Source: an uncultured Gemmatimonadales bacterium
GTDB lineage: Bacteria > Gemmatimonadota > Gemmatimonadetes > Longimicrobiales > Gaopeijiaceae
DNA length: 64,000 bases
NCBI GenBank assembly: GCA_963809895.1
Contig: CAWELD010000010.1
Location: 1,050,123-1,114,122, forward strand
Direction of reading: 5' to 3'
Positions within the stretch are counted from its first letter, which is position 1. Every line of letters starts with the position of its first letter. Both the position numbers and the translations under genes were made by a program. This document shows positions 18,766-28,930 of this stretch, piece after piece. The notes beneath the pieces were generated by a model. The model searched no databases. It was given only the letters and a program-made list of their open reading frames with translations, and was not told where the DNA came from.

Positions 18766-19499
18766 CGGTGCGGCGGAGCCTCGGGAGGGCCCCAACGGAT
18801 GCGGTATCCCACCTTCCGGACCGTCAGGATGTGAACCGGGTGCGCGGGATCTCCCTCGAGCTTGGCCCGGAGATTCGCGACGTGCGTGTCGATGGTGCGT
18901 GTCGGCACCGGGCGCTTGTATCCCCAGACCTCCCGGAGCAGCAGCTTGCGCGGCACCGCGGCACCCCGCGCGGCGAGGAGACGCACGAGCAGGTCGAACT
19001 CGCGGGGCGTGAGGTCCACGGGTCGGTCCATCCGCTCGACGGTGCGCGAGCCCAGGTGCACGGCCACCCGACCGAAGACCACCGGGTCGGGAAGGGTGCT
19101 TTCCACCGATGCCGGCTCGGGGGGGCGCACCCTGCGCAGGATCGCCTCCACGCGGGCGATGAGCTCCATGACGCCCACGGGCTTCACCACGTAGTCGTCG
19201 GCCCCCAAGCGGAAACCGCGGAGCTTGTCGAGCTGCTCCCCTCGCGCCGACAGGATGAGAACCGGGAGGTCGGACCCGCCGGCACGAAGATCCCGCAGCA
19301 GGTCGAGGCCGCTCCCTTCCGGCAACATGAGGTCGAGCACCAGGAGATTCGGCGCGGTCGTGGCCAGCAGCCTGCTGGCCGAGGGTCCGTCGTCGGCGAC
19401 GTCGACGCCAAATCCGGCGGCCTCCAGGCTGCGTTGGATGGCGAGGGCGAGGGAGCCGTTGTCCTCGACGATGAGGATCCGCTCTCGGAGGTCAGGCAT
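18753..19499 (-). CDS. OmpR-family response regulator
   Basis: ILIVEDN, LVLDLMLP, GADDYVVKP, RTIDTHVANLRAKLE..TVRKVGY. Confidence 0.93.
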   Translation of the reverse strand: MPDLRERILIVEDNGSLALAIQRSLEAAGFGVDVADDGPSASRLLATTAPNLLVLDLMLPEGSGLDLLRDLRAGGSDLPVLILSARGEQLDKLRGFRLGADDYVVKPVGVMELIARVEAILRRVRPPEPASVESTLPDPVVFGRVAVHLGSRTVERMDRPVDLTPREFDLLVRLLAARGAAVPRKLLLREVWGYKRPVPTRTIDTHVANLRAKLEGDPAHPVHILTVRKVGYRIRWGPPEAPPHRAGR

Positions 19500-21138
19500 C
19501 GGCGGGTTCCGTCCGGCTCCCGGTGGTGGCGGGCAGCTCCACCAGGAATCGCGCGCCGCCCGTGGGGGCGTCCTCGACGCAGGCGTGCCCTCCCGCACGC
19601 TCGGCGAGGTCTGCCACGATGGCCAGTCCCACGCCACTGCCCGTCGTGTGCGTCGCTTGAGCGTGTTCCAGACGGCGGAACGGCCGCCAGATGTCCGCGC
19701 GGGACGCGATCGGCACCCCGGGGCCCTCGTCGTCCACGACGAGCCGGACGGTCGACCCGGTCGCGGTCACCCGAATGTCGATGCGCTGCGCCTGCGGGCC
19801 GTACTTGAGGGCGTTGTCCAGGAGGTTGGACACGATCTGGCGAATGGCATCGGCGGGCGCCCGCGCCCAGGCACCGGGCGACCCGTGGAGTTGGAGGTCC
19901 GCCCCGTCGGCCAGACCCGATGCCTCGAAGCTTCGGACCGTCTCGAGGGCGACCTCGAACAGGTCCGCCTGCTCGTCCGGGTCCTGGCCGCGGTCTCCGC
20001 CTGCGAAATCCAGGAGCCGCTCCACCAGGCGGATCAGCCGCTGCGCTTCTCGCTCGATGACCTGCAGCGACGCCGCCTCCTCGCGCTGGGAGCGGAGCCC
20101 CCCCATGCGGAGCAGCTGGACGAACATGAGGATCTGCTGGAGGGGCGTGCGCAGTTCGTGGGAGACGTCGGCGACGAAGCGTTCTCGTGTATGCACCAGC
20201 GCCAATGCCCTGCGTACCTGGAGGACCGTGGCCACCAGGAGTGCACCGGCCAGGAGGACCAGCGCGGCGGTGAGCGGCAACCGCGACGGGGGAATCCCTC
20301 CGACGACCAACTGGTCGGCGACGGAGGGTCGCAGGGTGACGACGAAGGAGAGTCCGGCCAGCGGCCCGCTGGCGTCTGCCGTCCGGGTTCCCTCGAACGC
20401 GCTTCGCCATTCGACGGGTGAGCGAAAGACGGTTCGGCCCCGGGGGTCGAGAACGCGCAGGGACAGAATGGAGTCCGCTGGAGGATGCCCCACGAGGCCG
20501 GGAGGGAGGAGCACGGATGCCGATTCGGCCGTGGCGAATACGCTGCCGTTGCGCGTGGTGAAGCAGTGTGCGAGGGCGTAGGCTGCCACCGGGCGGCCGG
20601 TGGAATCGCTCTGGATGCGATAGGCAACCACACCCGGGTCCGGACCGGGAGGGAAGAGGTTGCCGTAGGGCGACACCATCGCGTTCGTACCGCGTACGAG
20701 CACGCTGAGCGTATCGGTCAGCCACGTACGCAGGTCGGTGGGGACGGGGCCCACGATCGTCAGCCCGCTGTCCCCCGGCAGGAGGCGCGCATACCACCTG
20801 CCGCCGGGGTAGTCGGCGGCGCAGCGTTCCGCCTCGGGGGGATTCGCCGCCAGAGCTTCCGCGGTCACCGGACCCGAGCCTCTGCGCTCCGCCTGATCCG
20901 CGGCGTAGAACGCGTAGAAGAGTGTCTGCTCCAGATCGGTGGTCGCCTCGGCGGCGAGGAGCGTCGCCGCGAAATCGGCATAGTCACGCACCGTCTGCTC
21001 GGCGGCGCGACGGTGCGTCCGCTCCGCGCTCCATGCTTGCCAACCCAGCGCCCCGGCGACGGCGAGACCAAGGGACAGCGGAACGAGAATGGTGCTCGTG
21101 CGTCGAGCATGGCGGGTGGAGGAACTCGACCGGGTCAT
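19492..21138 (-). CDS. Membrane sensor histidine kinase (HisKA)
   Basis: Two TM helices, VSHELRTPL, NLLDNALKY, DEGPG, GSGVGL. Confidence 0.9.
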   Translation of the reverse strand: MTRSSSSTRHARRTSTILVPLSLGLAVAGALGWQAWSAERTHRRAAEQTVRDYADFAATLLAAEATTDLEQTLFYAFYAADQAERRGSGPVTAEALAANPPEAERCAADYPGGRWYARLLPGDSGLTIVGPVPTDLRTWLTDTLSVLVRGTNAMVSPYGNLFPPGPDPGVVAYRIQSDSTGRPVAAYALAHCFTTRNGSVFATAESASVLLPPGLVGHPPADSILSLRVLDPRGRTVFRSPVEWRSAFEGTRTADASGPLAGLSFVVTLRPSVADQLVVGGIPPSRLPLTAALVLLAGALLVATVLQVRRALALVHTRERFVADVSHELRTPLQQILMFVQLLRMGGLRSQREEAASLQVIEREAQRLIRLVERLLDFAGGDRGQDPDEQADLFEVALETVRSFEASGLADGADLQLHGSPGAWARAPADAIRQIVSNLLDNALKYGPQAQRIDIRVTATGSTVRLVVDDEGPGVPIASRADIWRPFRRLEHAQATHTTGSGVGLAIVADLAERAGGHACVEDAPTGGARFLVELPATTGSRTEPADA

Positions 21139-21316
21139 GCCCTCAGCATCCGCCCGTTGCCGGCCCCGACGCAAGCGGATGCCAGGGCTCGCAGCGTCGT
21201 GCCTCGGGATCTTTGCGAATCCTTGACGTGGGATTCACGGATCATCGACTCGGGGAGGGACCGGGAGCGCGTAGGTTTCGGACGACCTTTCCACTCACCT
21301 CCGGGAGTCGTCGGCC

Positions 21317-22063
21317 ATGCGCGCTCCGCGTTTCCTTCTCGTTCTGCTGACGGGTCTGGGTTTGGGCATCCCGTGCGCTCTCACTGCACAGATCCCGTCG
21401 GAGTTCAAGAATCTGAAGGTCCTGCCCCGGGACATTTCCCGCGACAGTCTCGTCCTTCTCATGCGGTCCTTCTCCTTCGCCACGGGTCTCCGCTGCGAGG
21501 GGTGCCACGTCATGGGCGAAGGCGGCTCGTTCCAGGGAGCCCAGTTCGATCTCGACGACAAGGAGAACAAACGCAAGGCCCGGTTCATGCTGCGCATGGT
21601 GAACCGGCTCAATGCCGAGATCCTGCCCCAGCTTCCCGATCGGGATGACCCGCCCCTGGGGGTGGAGTGCAAGACGTGTCACCGGGGGCTCCAGAAGCCC
21701 TTCCTGCTGAGGACCGAGCTGCACCGGGTGGTGAACGAACAGGGCGTCGAGGCGGCGGTGGCGCGCTACCGGGAGTTGAGGGAAACGCGCATGGGCAAGG
21801 GCATCTACGATTTCGGCGAGTGGGAGACGAACGAACTGGGCCGCGAGCTGGAAAAGGACGGGAATATCCCGGCCGCCATCGCCATCATGGAGCTGAACGA
21901 GGAGTTCCACCCGCAGTCCAGCTCGATTCCCTTGACGCTCGGGCGCCTGTACGAGGCCACGGGGCGCCGCCAGGATGCCATCGCGGCCTACCGCCGGGTC
22001 CTCGAGCGGGATCCGAGCATCACCCGGGCGCAGGAGCGCCTCACGGCACTGGGAGGTGGGTGA
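21317..22063 (+). CDS. Exported diheme c-type cytochrome with C-terminal TPR
   Basis: Signal peptide; FKNLKVLP..MRSF..GLRCEGCH and VECKTCHRG; C-terminal TPR-like repeats. Confidence 0.8.
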   Translation: MRAPRFLLVLLTGLGLGIPCALTAQIPSEFKNLKVLPRDISRDSLVLLMRSFSFATGLRCEGCHVMGEGGSFQGAQFDLDDKENKRKARFMLRMVNRLNAEILPQLPDRDDPPLGVECKTCHRGLQKPFLLRTELHRVVNEQGVEAAVARYRELRETRMGKGIYDFGEWETNELGRELEKDGNIPAAIAIMELNEEFHPQSSSIPLTLGRLYEATGRRQDAIAAYRRVLERDPSITRAQERLTALGGG

Positions 22064-22085
22064 CGCTCACAGGTCTCAGGGCCCC

Positions 22086-23414
22086 TCAGGTGGGCGCGCC
22101 CACCACGCCCAGAAGATCCGTCAGGACCCACCACGCACCGACCGCCAGCATGGCCCCGGGGATCACGAATCGGATCCACATGCGCAGGAAGTGCGAGAGC
22201 CGGCCCGGAGGGTCGCCGCCCAACTGCCCCAGCGCCGTGCCGCGGTCCAACGCCCATCCGAAGGTGACGGCGGCGGTGAGGGCTCCCAACGTCTGCATGC
22301 CGGCGCCGAAGGTCAGGTCCCAAGGCACGAAGACCCGCATGTTGAGCATGGGAGGCACCGCCAGGACGAACACGGCCCCGGTCATGATCCAGGTGGCCCG
22401 GCGACGGGAGAGCTGGAGGTTGTCCACCAGCCCGGCTACCAGCACTTCCAGCGCGGCGATGGCGGACAGGAAGGCCGCTCCGCCCAGGGCCACGAAGAAG
22501 ACCAGACCGAACATCCACCCCAGGGGCACGCGGTCGAACACGGAGGGGAGTGTGGCGAAGATCAGGCCCGGTCCGCTTCCAGGCTCCATGCCCAGCGCGA
22601 AGACCGCGGGAAAGATGGCGAAGCCCGCCAGGAGCCCGGCGATGGTGTCGCCGGCCACCGTGCCCAGGGCGGCGGGACCCAGCCGCTCGCCGGCGTCGAG
22701 ATACGAGCCGTAGACCACCATGAAGGTGCCGCCCAGCGCGAGCGAAAAGACCATCTGCCCGAGACCCGCCAGTGCGACGCCGGCGGTGAGCTGGCCGGGA
22801 TCGAAGGCCAGGAGCCAGCGCACGCCGGCTCCGGCGCCGGGAAGCGTGACGGCTCGCAGCACCAGTACCAGGAGCCCGGCGAAGAGCAGCGGCGTCAGGA
22901 TCCGGCTGGCCCGCTCGATGCCACGGCGCAGCCCACGGACGAGTACGAGGGCGCACGCCGACAGCACGACGGCGGACCCGGCCACCTGGAGCAGGAAGGA
23001 GCGGGCGTCCAGCCCGCCGTCGGGTGGGAGGATCCAGTCGCCGCGCAGGGGGTGGCCCAACGGGGCGGTCAGCTCCACCAGGCCGTACCAGGTCACCCAG
23101 CCGATGACGTTGACGTAGTACGCGGTGGCGGCCGTCACCACACAGAAGAAGAACCAGCCGACCCAGCGCCCCGCGGGCAGCCCGGCCCGCTGGAAAGCTC
23201 CCACGGTGCCGCGTCGCGTGGCGCGCCCCAGCGACCACTCGCCCATGAGGGCGGGCACGCCCACCAGCACCGCGGCGCCGGCGTAGGCCACCACGAAGGC
23301 CGCCCCGCCGAAGCGGCCCACCATGTAGGGAAAGCGCCACACGTTCCCCAGCCCCACCGCCACCCCGATCATGCTCAGCAGCACGCCTACGCGGCTGGCG
23401 AAGGTCTCCCTCAC
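22086..23414 (-). CDS. Sodium-dependent transporter (SNF/NSS family)
   Basis: GTG start overlaps the upstream TGA; GVAVGLGNVWRFPY..GG.AF, GQMVFSL, GPGLIF.TLP. Confidence 0.9.
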   Translation of the reverse strand: MRETFASRVGVLLSMIGVAVGLGNVWRFPYMVGRFGGAAFVVAYAGAAVLVGVPALMGEWSLGRATRRGTVGAFQRAGLPAGRWVGWFFFCVVTAATAYYVNVIGWVTWYGLVELTAPLGHPLRGDWILPPDGGLDARSFLLQVAGSAVVLSACALVLVRGLRRGIERASRILTPLLFAGLLVLVLRAVTLPGAGAGVRWLLAFDPGQLTAGVALAGLGQMVFSLALGGTFMVVYGSYLDAGERLGPAALGTVAGDTIAGLLAGFAIFPAVFALGMEPGSGPGLIFATLPSVFDRVPLGWMFGLVFFVALGGAAFLSAIAALEVLVAGLVDNLQLSRRRATWIMTGAVFVLAVPPMLNMRVFVPWDLTFGAGMQTLGALTAAVTFGWALDRGTALGQLGGDPPGRLSHFLRMWIRFVIPGAMLAVGAWWVLTDLLGVVGAPT

Positions 23415-24569
23415 GCGAGCACTCGCGTGAGTGCATCCAGGGCGCGACCGATGTCGTCCAACGAGTTGTAGTAGTGGGGTGCGAGACGGATGGCGGGCCC
23501 GCGCGCCGAGGCGAGGATGCCCCTGGCCCGGAGCGCTTCTTCCACGGCGTGACTGTCCGGCACCCGGAAGGCGACGGTGGGCGCGCGGGCGTCGGGATCC
23601 GCGGGACCCATGAGCTCGAGGCCGCGCTCCAGGCCTTCGGTGACAAGGCGGCGGGCCAGGACACGATTCCAGGCGCCGATGGCCTCGAGGCCCAGCTTCC
23701 AGGAGTCCCTCGATCCCCGCCCGCGCCACGTAGGCCGGCAGGACGGGCGGCGTGCCGGAGTCCAGACGCCGCGCGGCCGGTGCCCAGTCCAGCGTATGGG
23801 CGTCGAAGGCGAAGGGGTCGGCCCGTCCGAACCAGCCGGTGACCGCCGGCTCGAGCTGCTCCGCCAACCCGCGTCGCACGTAGAGGAAGGCGATGCCCGG
23901 CGTGCCCATGAGGAACTTGAGGCACCCGGAGGCCAGCATGTCGAGCTCCAGCGCCTTCACGTCGAGGGGTGCGGTGCCCAGCGACTGATAGGCATCCACG
24001 AACAGCAGCGCGCCCGCGTCACGTGCGGCCCGAGCGGCACGGGGCAGGTCCAGGAGCGCCCCGGTCTGGTAATACCCGTGGGCCGCGCTCAGGAGCAGCA
24101 CGTCATCGTCCAGCGCCGCCTCCACGGCTCCGGGCGAGACCCGGCCGTTTCGCACGGGAATCCAGCGCAGGGGAGTGCCCCGCGCTTCTCGCGCCTTCCA
24201 GACGTGGGCCACCGTCGGGAACTCAGCTTCGGTGAGCGCCACCGTTCGGCGGCCGCGCGCCCGTGCCAGCGGAGCCAGGGCCGAGGCCACCGCCGCCGTG
24301 GCGTGGGACACCGAGCTGAAGACCGCCACCTCGTCGGGATCGGCTCCGATGAGGCGGGCGAAGGCGGCCCTGGCCCGTTCCACCTCGTCCATCCAGCCGT
24401 CCCAGTCCATGCCGGCGCTGCTCCACGAGTTCAGATAGCGCTCGGCGGCGGCTCGGGCGGCCGTGGTGAGCGGCGCCTGGGAGCAGGCGTTCAGAGGCAC
24501 GCCGCGGCGCAGGAACGGGATCTGGCTTCGCAGCTTCTCCAGGTCGTAGCCAGGCTCGGGAGCGGTCAT
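23411..24569 (-). CDS. Class V PLP aminotransferase/lyase (kynureninase-like), interrupted by a +1 indel near 23697
   Basis: VDAYQSLG, SGCLKFLMG (PLP Lys); the C-terminus IRLAPHYYN continues in another frame ending at 23411; span is 3n+1. Confidence 0.8.
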
Positions 24570-24591
24570 GCGCGGATCGCCGGCAGGGGGC

Positions 24592-24999
24592 TCAGCCCGT
24601 GGGCACCCGGTCCACCGCCACCACCTCGGACCGGTTGATGAAGATGCGGATGTTGTTGCTCGCCGGATCGACGGGGACCACGAAGAAGAAGGGCCGGTTC
24701 GGTGGAAAGCGGTTCGTCAGTCCCACGATCTCCTCCTGGTCCTTGAACTGCACGCGCACCAGCGTGGACCCGCGGGCCCTGGGATCTTCCGGATCCAGGG
24801 TGCGGGCGTCGTCGCGGGCGGGATCCCCCTCGAGGGACCGGACGAAGAACAGGGCCTTCAGCTCGTCGAGACGGACCTCGGCAACGGGGCCTTCGGGGGG
24901 CCGGACATGGAAGCTGGGGCGACCCGGAGCCACGTCGAGGCTCGTCCCCTTGAGAACGCGGCCGTCGCGGTAGCGGGCGACGACGAGATTGGCGGGCAT
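24592..24999 (-). CDS. Hypothetical protein with duplicated V..RDG..G beta motif (DUF6982-like, tentative)
   Basis: VVARYRDGRVLKG and VRVQFKDQEEIVG..FFVVPVDP.SNN.RIFIN. Confidence 0.65.
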   Translation of the reverse strand: MPANLVVARYRDGRVLKGTSLDVAPGRPSFHVRPPEGPVAEVRLDELKALFFVRSLEGDPARDDARTLDPEDPRARGSTLVRVQFKDQEEIVGLTNRFPPNRPFFFVVPVDPASNNIRIFINRSEVVAVDRVPTG

Positions 25000-25158
25000 G
25001 GTCTGGCTCCTGGCTGGAGTCGGCGGGCCATGGCGGTGCGGGGCAGGGCAGAATGCGCCACGGGGGGTGGTCGGACAAGCCCCGGTGCGCGGGTGCGGCG
25101 GCGGCGCCGGCACCCTACAATACCCTTCTCAGCCACACTGCCCCGGGAGGACGATCCC

Positions 25159-28100
25159 ATGTCTCCGTTCACCAACCTCTCGCTCCGGACCGTGGTCCCC
25201 ACGGCCCTTCTCGCCCTGACGCTGCCCGCGCCGCGGCCCGCCGCCGCACAGTCCACGGATCGCCTGGAACGTGCCGTGGCGAACATGGAGTGGCGCAACA
25301 TCGGGCCCACCATCGTGGGCGGGCGAGTCAGCGACTTCGCCGTCGTCGAGAGTCGCCCGTCGACCTTCTACGTAGGTACGGCCACCGGTGGCGTCTGGAA
25401 GACCACCAACAACGGCACCGACTTCACGCCGGTCTTCGACGGCCAGTCCACGTCGTCCATCGGCGACGTCACCGTGGCGCCCGGCAATCCCAACGTGGTG
25501 TGGGTGGGCACGGGCGAGCCCCAGAACCGGCAGAGCTCGCCCTGGGGCGACGGTGTCTATCGCTCCACCGACGCGGGCCGAAGCTGGAAGCACATGGGGT
25601 TGGAGGACACGCACCACATCTCCCGCATCCGCATCGATCCCCGGAACCCCGACGTGGTCTACGTCGCCGCGGTGGGCCACCTGTGGGGCCCCAACCCGGA
25701 CCGGGGCGTGTTCAAGACCACCGACGGGGGCGAGACCTGGGAGAAGGTGCTCTTCGTGAACGACAACACGGGTGCCATCGACCTGATCATGGATCCCGGC
25801 GATCCACAGACGCTGTTCGCCGCCATGTACCAGCGCCAGCGCACCACCTGGGGCTTCAACGGCGGCGGTCCGGGCAGCGGCATCTACCGCACCACTGATG
25901 GCGGCGCGACCTGGGAGGAGTTGCACGAGGGCCTGCCCGAGGGCGACATGGGGCGCATCGGGCTGGACGTCTACCGCGGTGACGGCAACCTGGTGTTCGC
26001 CGTCGTGGAGGCCGACGCCCGGGTGCCCGACCAGGGCTTCGGCGGTGGTGGGGGCGGCGACTCCCAGAGCGGCGTGTACCGGTCCACCGACCGGGGCGAG
26101 ACCTGGGAGCAGGTCAGCACCACGAACAACCGGCCCATGTACTACAGCCAGATCCGCGTGGATCCCAACGATCCCGAGCGCATCTACCTGGGCGGCTCCA
26201 ACCTGTACCGGTCATCCGACGGTGGCCACACCTTCACGCCCGACGCCTCCAGCGGCGTGCACTCCGACCATCACGCGCTCTGGATCGATCCCTCCAACTC
26301 CGATCACCTGCTGTTGGGCGGTGACGGCGGGGTCTCGACGTCGTGGGATCGCTCCGACTCCTGGCGTCAGCTGCGCAACCTTCCCATCGCGCAGTTCTAC
26401 GAGGTGGGCGTGGACATGCAGGAGCCCTATCACGTGTGCGGGGGTCTCCAGGACAACGGCTCCTGGTGCGCCCCCAGCGACACCTGGTCCGATCAGGGCA
26501 TCCGCACACGGGACTGGTACAACGTGGGCGGGGGTGACGGCTTCTTCACGGTCATGCACGCCGGCGATCCGCGCATCATGTTCGCCGAGTCCCAGAACGG
26601 AAACATCGCCCGGGTGGACCGGGTGACCGGCGAACAGCAGCGCATGCGCCCCATCGGACGTCCCGAGGCGGGCGAGGGCGAGCCCGAGCTGCGCTGGAAC
26701 TGGGACACGCCCGTGCTCCCGTCGGCCACCGATCCCAACACCATCTACATCGGGGCCAACGTGCTCTTCCGCTCCCGCGACCTGGGGACCACCTGGGAGC
26801 AGATCAGCCCCGACCTCACCCGCGACATCGATCGCAGCCAGCTCGAGATCATGGGCGTGAAGGGCACCGAGCCCATGATGTCTCCCCACGACGGCACCTC
26901 GTCGTACGGGAATCTGACGGCGCTGGCCGAGTCGCCCCTCGACGGACAGGTGCTCTACACGGGGAGCGACGACGGGCTGGTCCACGTGAGCCGGGACGGC
27001 GGTGAGAGCTGGACGGACGTGACGGCGAACGTCCCGGGGCTGCCGGATAAGACGTACGTGACCCGTCTGCTGGCGTCGCGGTTCGATGCGGGCACCGTGT
27101 ACGGGGTCTTCGACGGCCACCGCAGCGACGATTTCGCACCCTACGTCTACGTGAGCCGGGACTACGGCGCGTCCTGGCGGTCCATCGCGGCCGGGCTGCC
27201 GGCCACCTCGGTCAACGCCATCGCCCAGCACCCGCGGCGGGCCGACCTGCTCTTCGTGGGCAACGAGGTGGGCATCTGGTTCTCGGTGGACGATGGCGCC
27301 CACTGGGCCTCGCTGCAGACCAACCTGCCCACCGTGCCCGTGGACGACATCCTCATCCACCCGCGCGAGAACGACCTGGTCATCGGCACCCACGGGCGTG
27401 GCATCTGGATCATGGACGACATCGGCCCGCTGGAGCACCTGACGGCCGACGTGGTGGCCTCCGCCGCGCATCTGTTCCCCGTGCGGCGCGCCACGTCGTA
27501 CAACCCGTACACGCCGCAGGAGTGGAGTCCGGGGATCTTCCGGCTGCCCAACCCGCCGGCTGGAGCCCGCATCCGCTACTTCATGGGTGGGGGCGGGGCC
27601 ATGGTCACGGACGACGCCGCAGCCTCCGGTCCGTCGGCGTCGACAGCCGCGCCGGCCGACGACGACGAGGTCTCCATCGAGATCCTGGACAGCGAGGGCC
27701 ACACCCTGCGGACCCTGGAGGGGTCGTCGTCACCGGGTATCCAGGAGGTGATCTGGGATCTGCGCCTCGAGCCGCCGTACACCCCGGAGGCGTCGAACCA
27801 GGGCGGCGGAGGTGGCTTCCGCCGGGGAGCCCCGGAAGGCCCCAAGGTCCTGCCCGGCACCTATACCGTGCGGATGACGGCGGCGGGCGTCACCGAGGAA
27901 CAGCCGGTGGAAGTTCGCCTGGACCCGCGGGTCGACATCTCCCGTCAGGACCTGATGGCGCGTCAGGACGCCATGATGCGCTCCTACGGCCTGGCGGCCA
28001 CCGCCTACAACGCCGGACAGGCCGTGCAGCGGCTCACGGGCCTGCTGGACGGCGTCGATCGGGTCCTGAGAGCCAGCGGCGACGCGCCTCAGGCGCTCCG

Positions 28101-28392
28101 TGACGACGCCAGCGCGCTGCGCTCCGATCTGGAGGATCTGGGCCAGCGCATCAACGATGCCAGCGACGGAACGCGCGTGTACGGCCAGATCGAGTCGGTG
28201 ACGGCTCCTCCCACGGCGGATCAGCTCTGGCAGATCGAGCAGTCGTGGGCGAAGCTCCCGGGCCTGGTCCGGGAGTTGAACGCGGTGGTCACCACCCGTA
28301 TGCCGGCTCTGCTGGGCCGCGTGTATCAGAACGGCGTGGTGCCCGACGTCGGGGAGCCCGTGAGCGTCCCGCAGGGCGGCGGCATGGACTGA
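25159..28392 (+). CDS. Secreted BNR/Vps10 (sortilin-like) beta-propeller glycosyl hydrolase-like protein
   Basis: Signal peptide, WRNIGP..GGRV, many S/TxDGGxTW Asp-box repeats, HVCGGLQDNGSW, C-terminal coiled coil. Confidence 0.9.
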   Translation: MSPFTNLSLRTVVPTALLALTLPAPRPAAAQSTDRLERAVANMEWRNIGPTIVGGRVSDFAVVESRPSTFYVGTATGGVWKTTNNGTDFTPVFDGQSTSSIGDVTVAPGNPNVVWVGTGEPQNRQSSPWGDGVYRSTDAGRSWKHMGLEDTHHISRIRIDPRNPDVVYVAAVGHLWGPNPDRGVFKTTDGGETWEKVLFVNDNTGAIDLIMDPGDPQTLFAAMYQRQRTTWGFNGGGPGSGIYRTTDGGATWEELHEGLPEGDMGRIGLDVYRGDGNLVFAVVEADARVPDQGFGGGGGGDSQSGVYRSTDRGETWEQVSTTNNRPMYYSQIRVDPNDPERIYLGGSNLYRSSDGGHTFTPDASSGVHSDHHALWIDPSNSDHLLLGGDGGVSTSWDRSDSWRQLRNLPIAQFYEVGVDMQEPYHVCGGLQDNGSWCAPSDTWSDQGIRTRDWYNVGGGDGFFTVMHAGDPRIMFAESQNGNIARVDRVTGEQQRMRPIGRPEAGEGEPELRWNWDTPVLPSATDPNTIYIGANVLFRSRDLGTTWEQISPDLTRDIDRSQLEIMGVKGTEPMMSPHDGTSSYGNLTALAESPLDGQVLYTGSDDGLVHVSRDGGESWTDVTANVPGLPDKTYVTRLLASRFDAGTVYGVFDGHRSDDFAPYVYVSRDYGASWRSIAAGLPATSVNAIAQHPRRADLLFVGNEVGIWFSVDDGAHWASLQTNLPTVPVDDILIHPRENDLVIGTHGRGIWIMDDIGPLEHLTADVVASAAHLFPVRRATSYNPYTPQEWSPGIFRLPNPPAGARIRYFMGGGGAMVTDDAAASGPSASTAAPADDDEVSIEILDSEGHTLRTLEGSSSPGIQEVIWDLRLEPPYTPEASNQGGGGGFRRGAPEGPKVLPGTYTVRMTAAGVTEEQPVEVRLDPRVDISRQDLMARQDAMMRSYGLAATAYNAGQAVQRLTGLLDGVDRVLRASGDAPQALRDDASALRSDLEDLGQRINDASDGTRVYGQIESVTAPPTADQLWQIEQSWAKLPGLVRELNAVVTTRMPALLGRVYQNGVVPDVGEPVSVPQGGGMD

Positions 28393-28405
28393 CGGGGGCG
28401 CCGCT

Positions 28406-28669
28406 TCAGTCCGACGAGTCGACGGGGTCGGGGACCGGCGGGTCCCCGGCCTCGTCTTCTTCCTCCTTCCGCTCCACGCGCACTTCCTGCACCTGCTCCA
28501 TGCCGGGCTCGAAGATCGAGTGGAGCTCCAGCGTGTGGTAGATGGGCCCGGTGCGGCTGAGCCCGGTGCGCCGGTAGTTGATCCAGACCCGCTTTTCCAT
28601 CCACAGAAGGGCGCGATCCACCAGGAAGAGGACGATAGCGACGGCGGCGATCCACAGGGTCAGGCGCAT
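28406..28669 (-). CDS. Small membrane-anchored hypothetical protein (DUF6191-like, tentative)
   Basis: N-terminal TM helix, ELHSIFEPG, acidic tail ending GDPP. Confidence 0.65.
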   Translation of the reverse strand: MRLTLWIAAVAIVLFLVDRALLWMEKRVWINYRRTGLSRTGPIYHTLELHSIFEPGMEQVQEVRVERKEEEDEAGDPPVPDPVDSSD

Positions 28670-28930
28670 GCCCTACCGTCGGCTCCGGGGGGTCTCGTGG
28701 CAAGGATTCTCTTTCCAGGCAACCCTCCGGGCGGGTGTCGCATCCAAGCAAGGTTGTGGCCCCGGCGCCACTGCTTCGGGGCCTGATTCGATCAGGGTGT
28801 ACCGAAGTACATCGATACGCCCGGCGATTTGCTCGGCGCGCCGGAACCCGCCACGTGGGACCGCCTGCCCTTGTAGATGCCGTGCCGAGCCGTCGCTCGG
28901 CGTGGTGTCTCTTTCTGACAGGGGGTAGAC

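Noticed and set aside
21317-22063. Evidence of phototrophy from the reaction-centre-like cytochrome
   Set aside because: Only two hemes, fused to TPR, and no puf/bch genes in the window.
22086-24569. 827-aa aminotransferase-SNF transporter fusion ORF
   Set aside because: Artefact of a +1 indel near 23697. The true enzyme C-terminus is in another frame and stops at 23411, overlapping the transporter GTG.
23411-24569. PLP enzyme as a selenocysteine lyase or cysteine desulfurase linked to the selenoprotein
   Set aside because: It lacks the catalytic Cys loop and lies 10 kb from the Prx gene.
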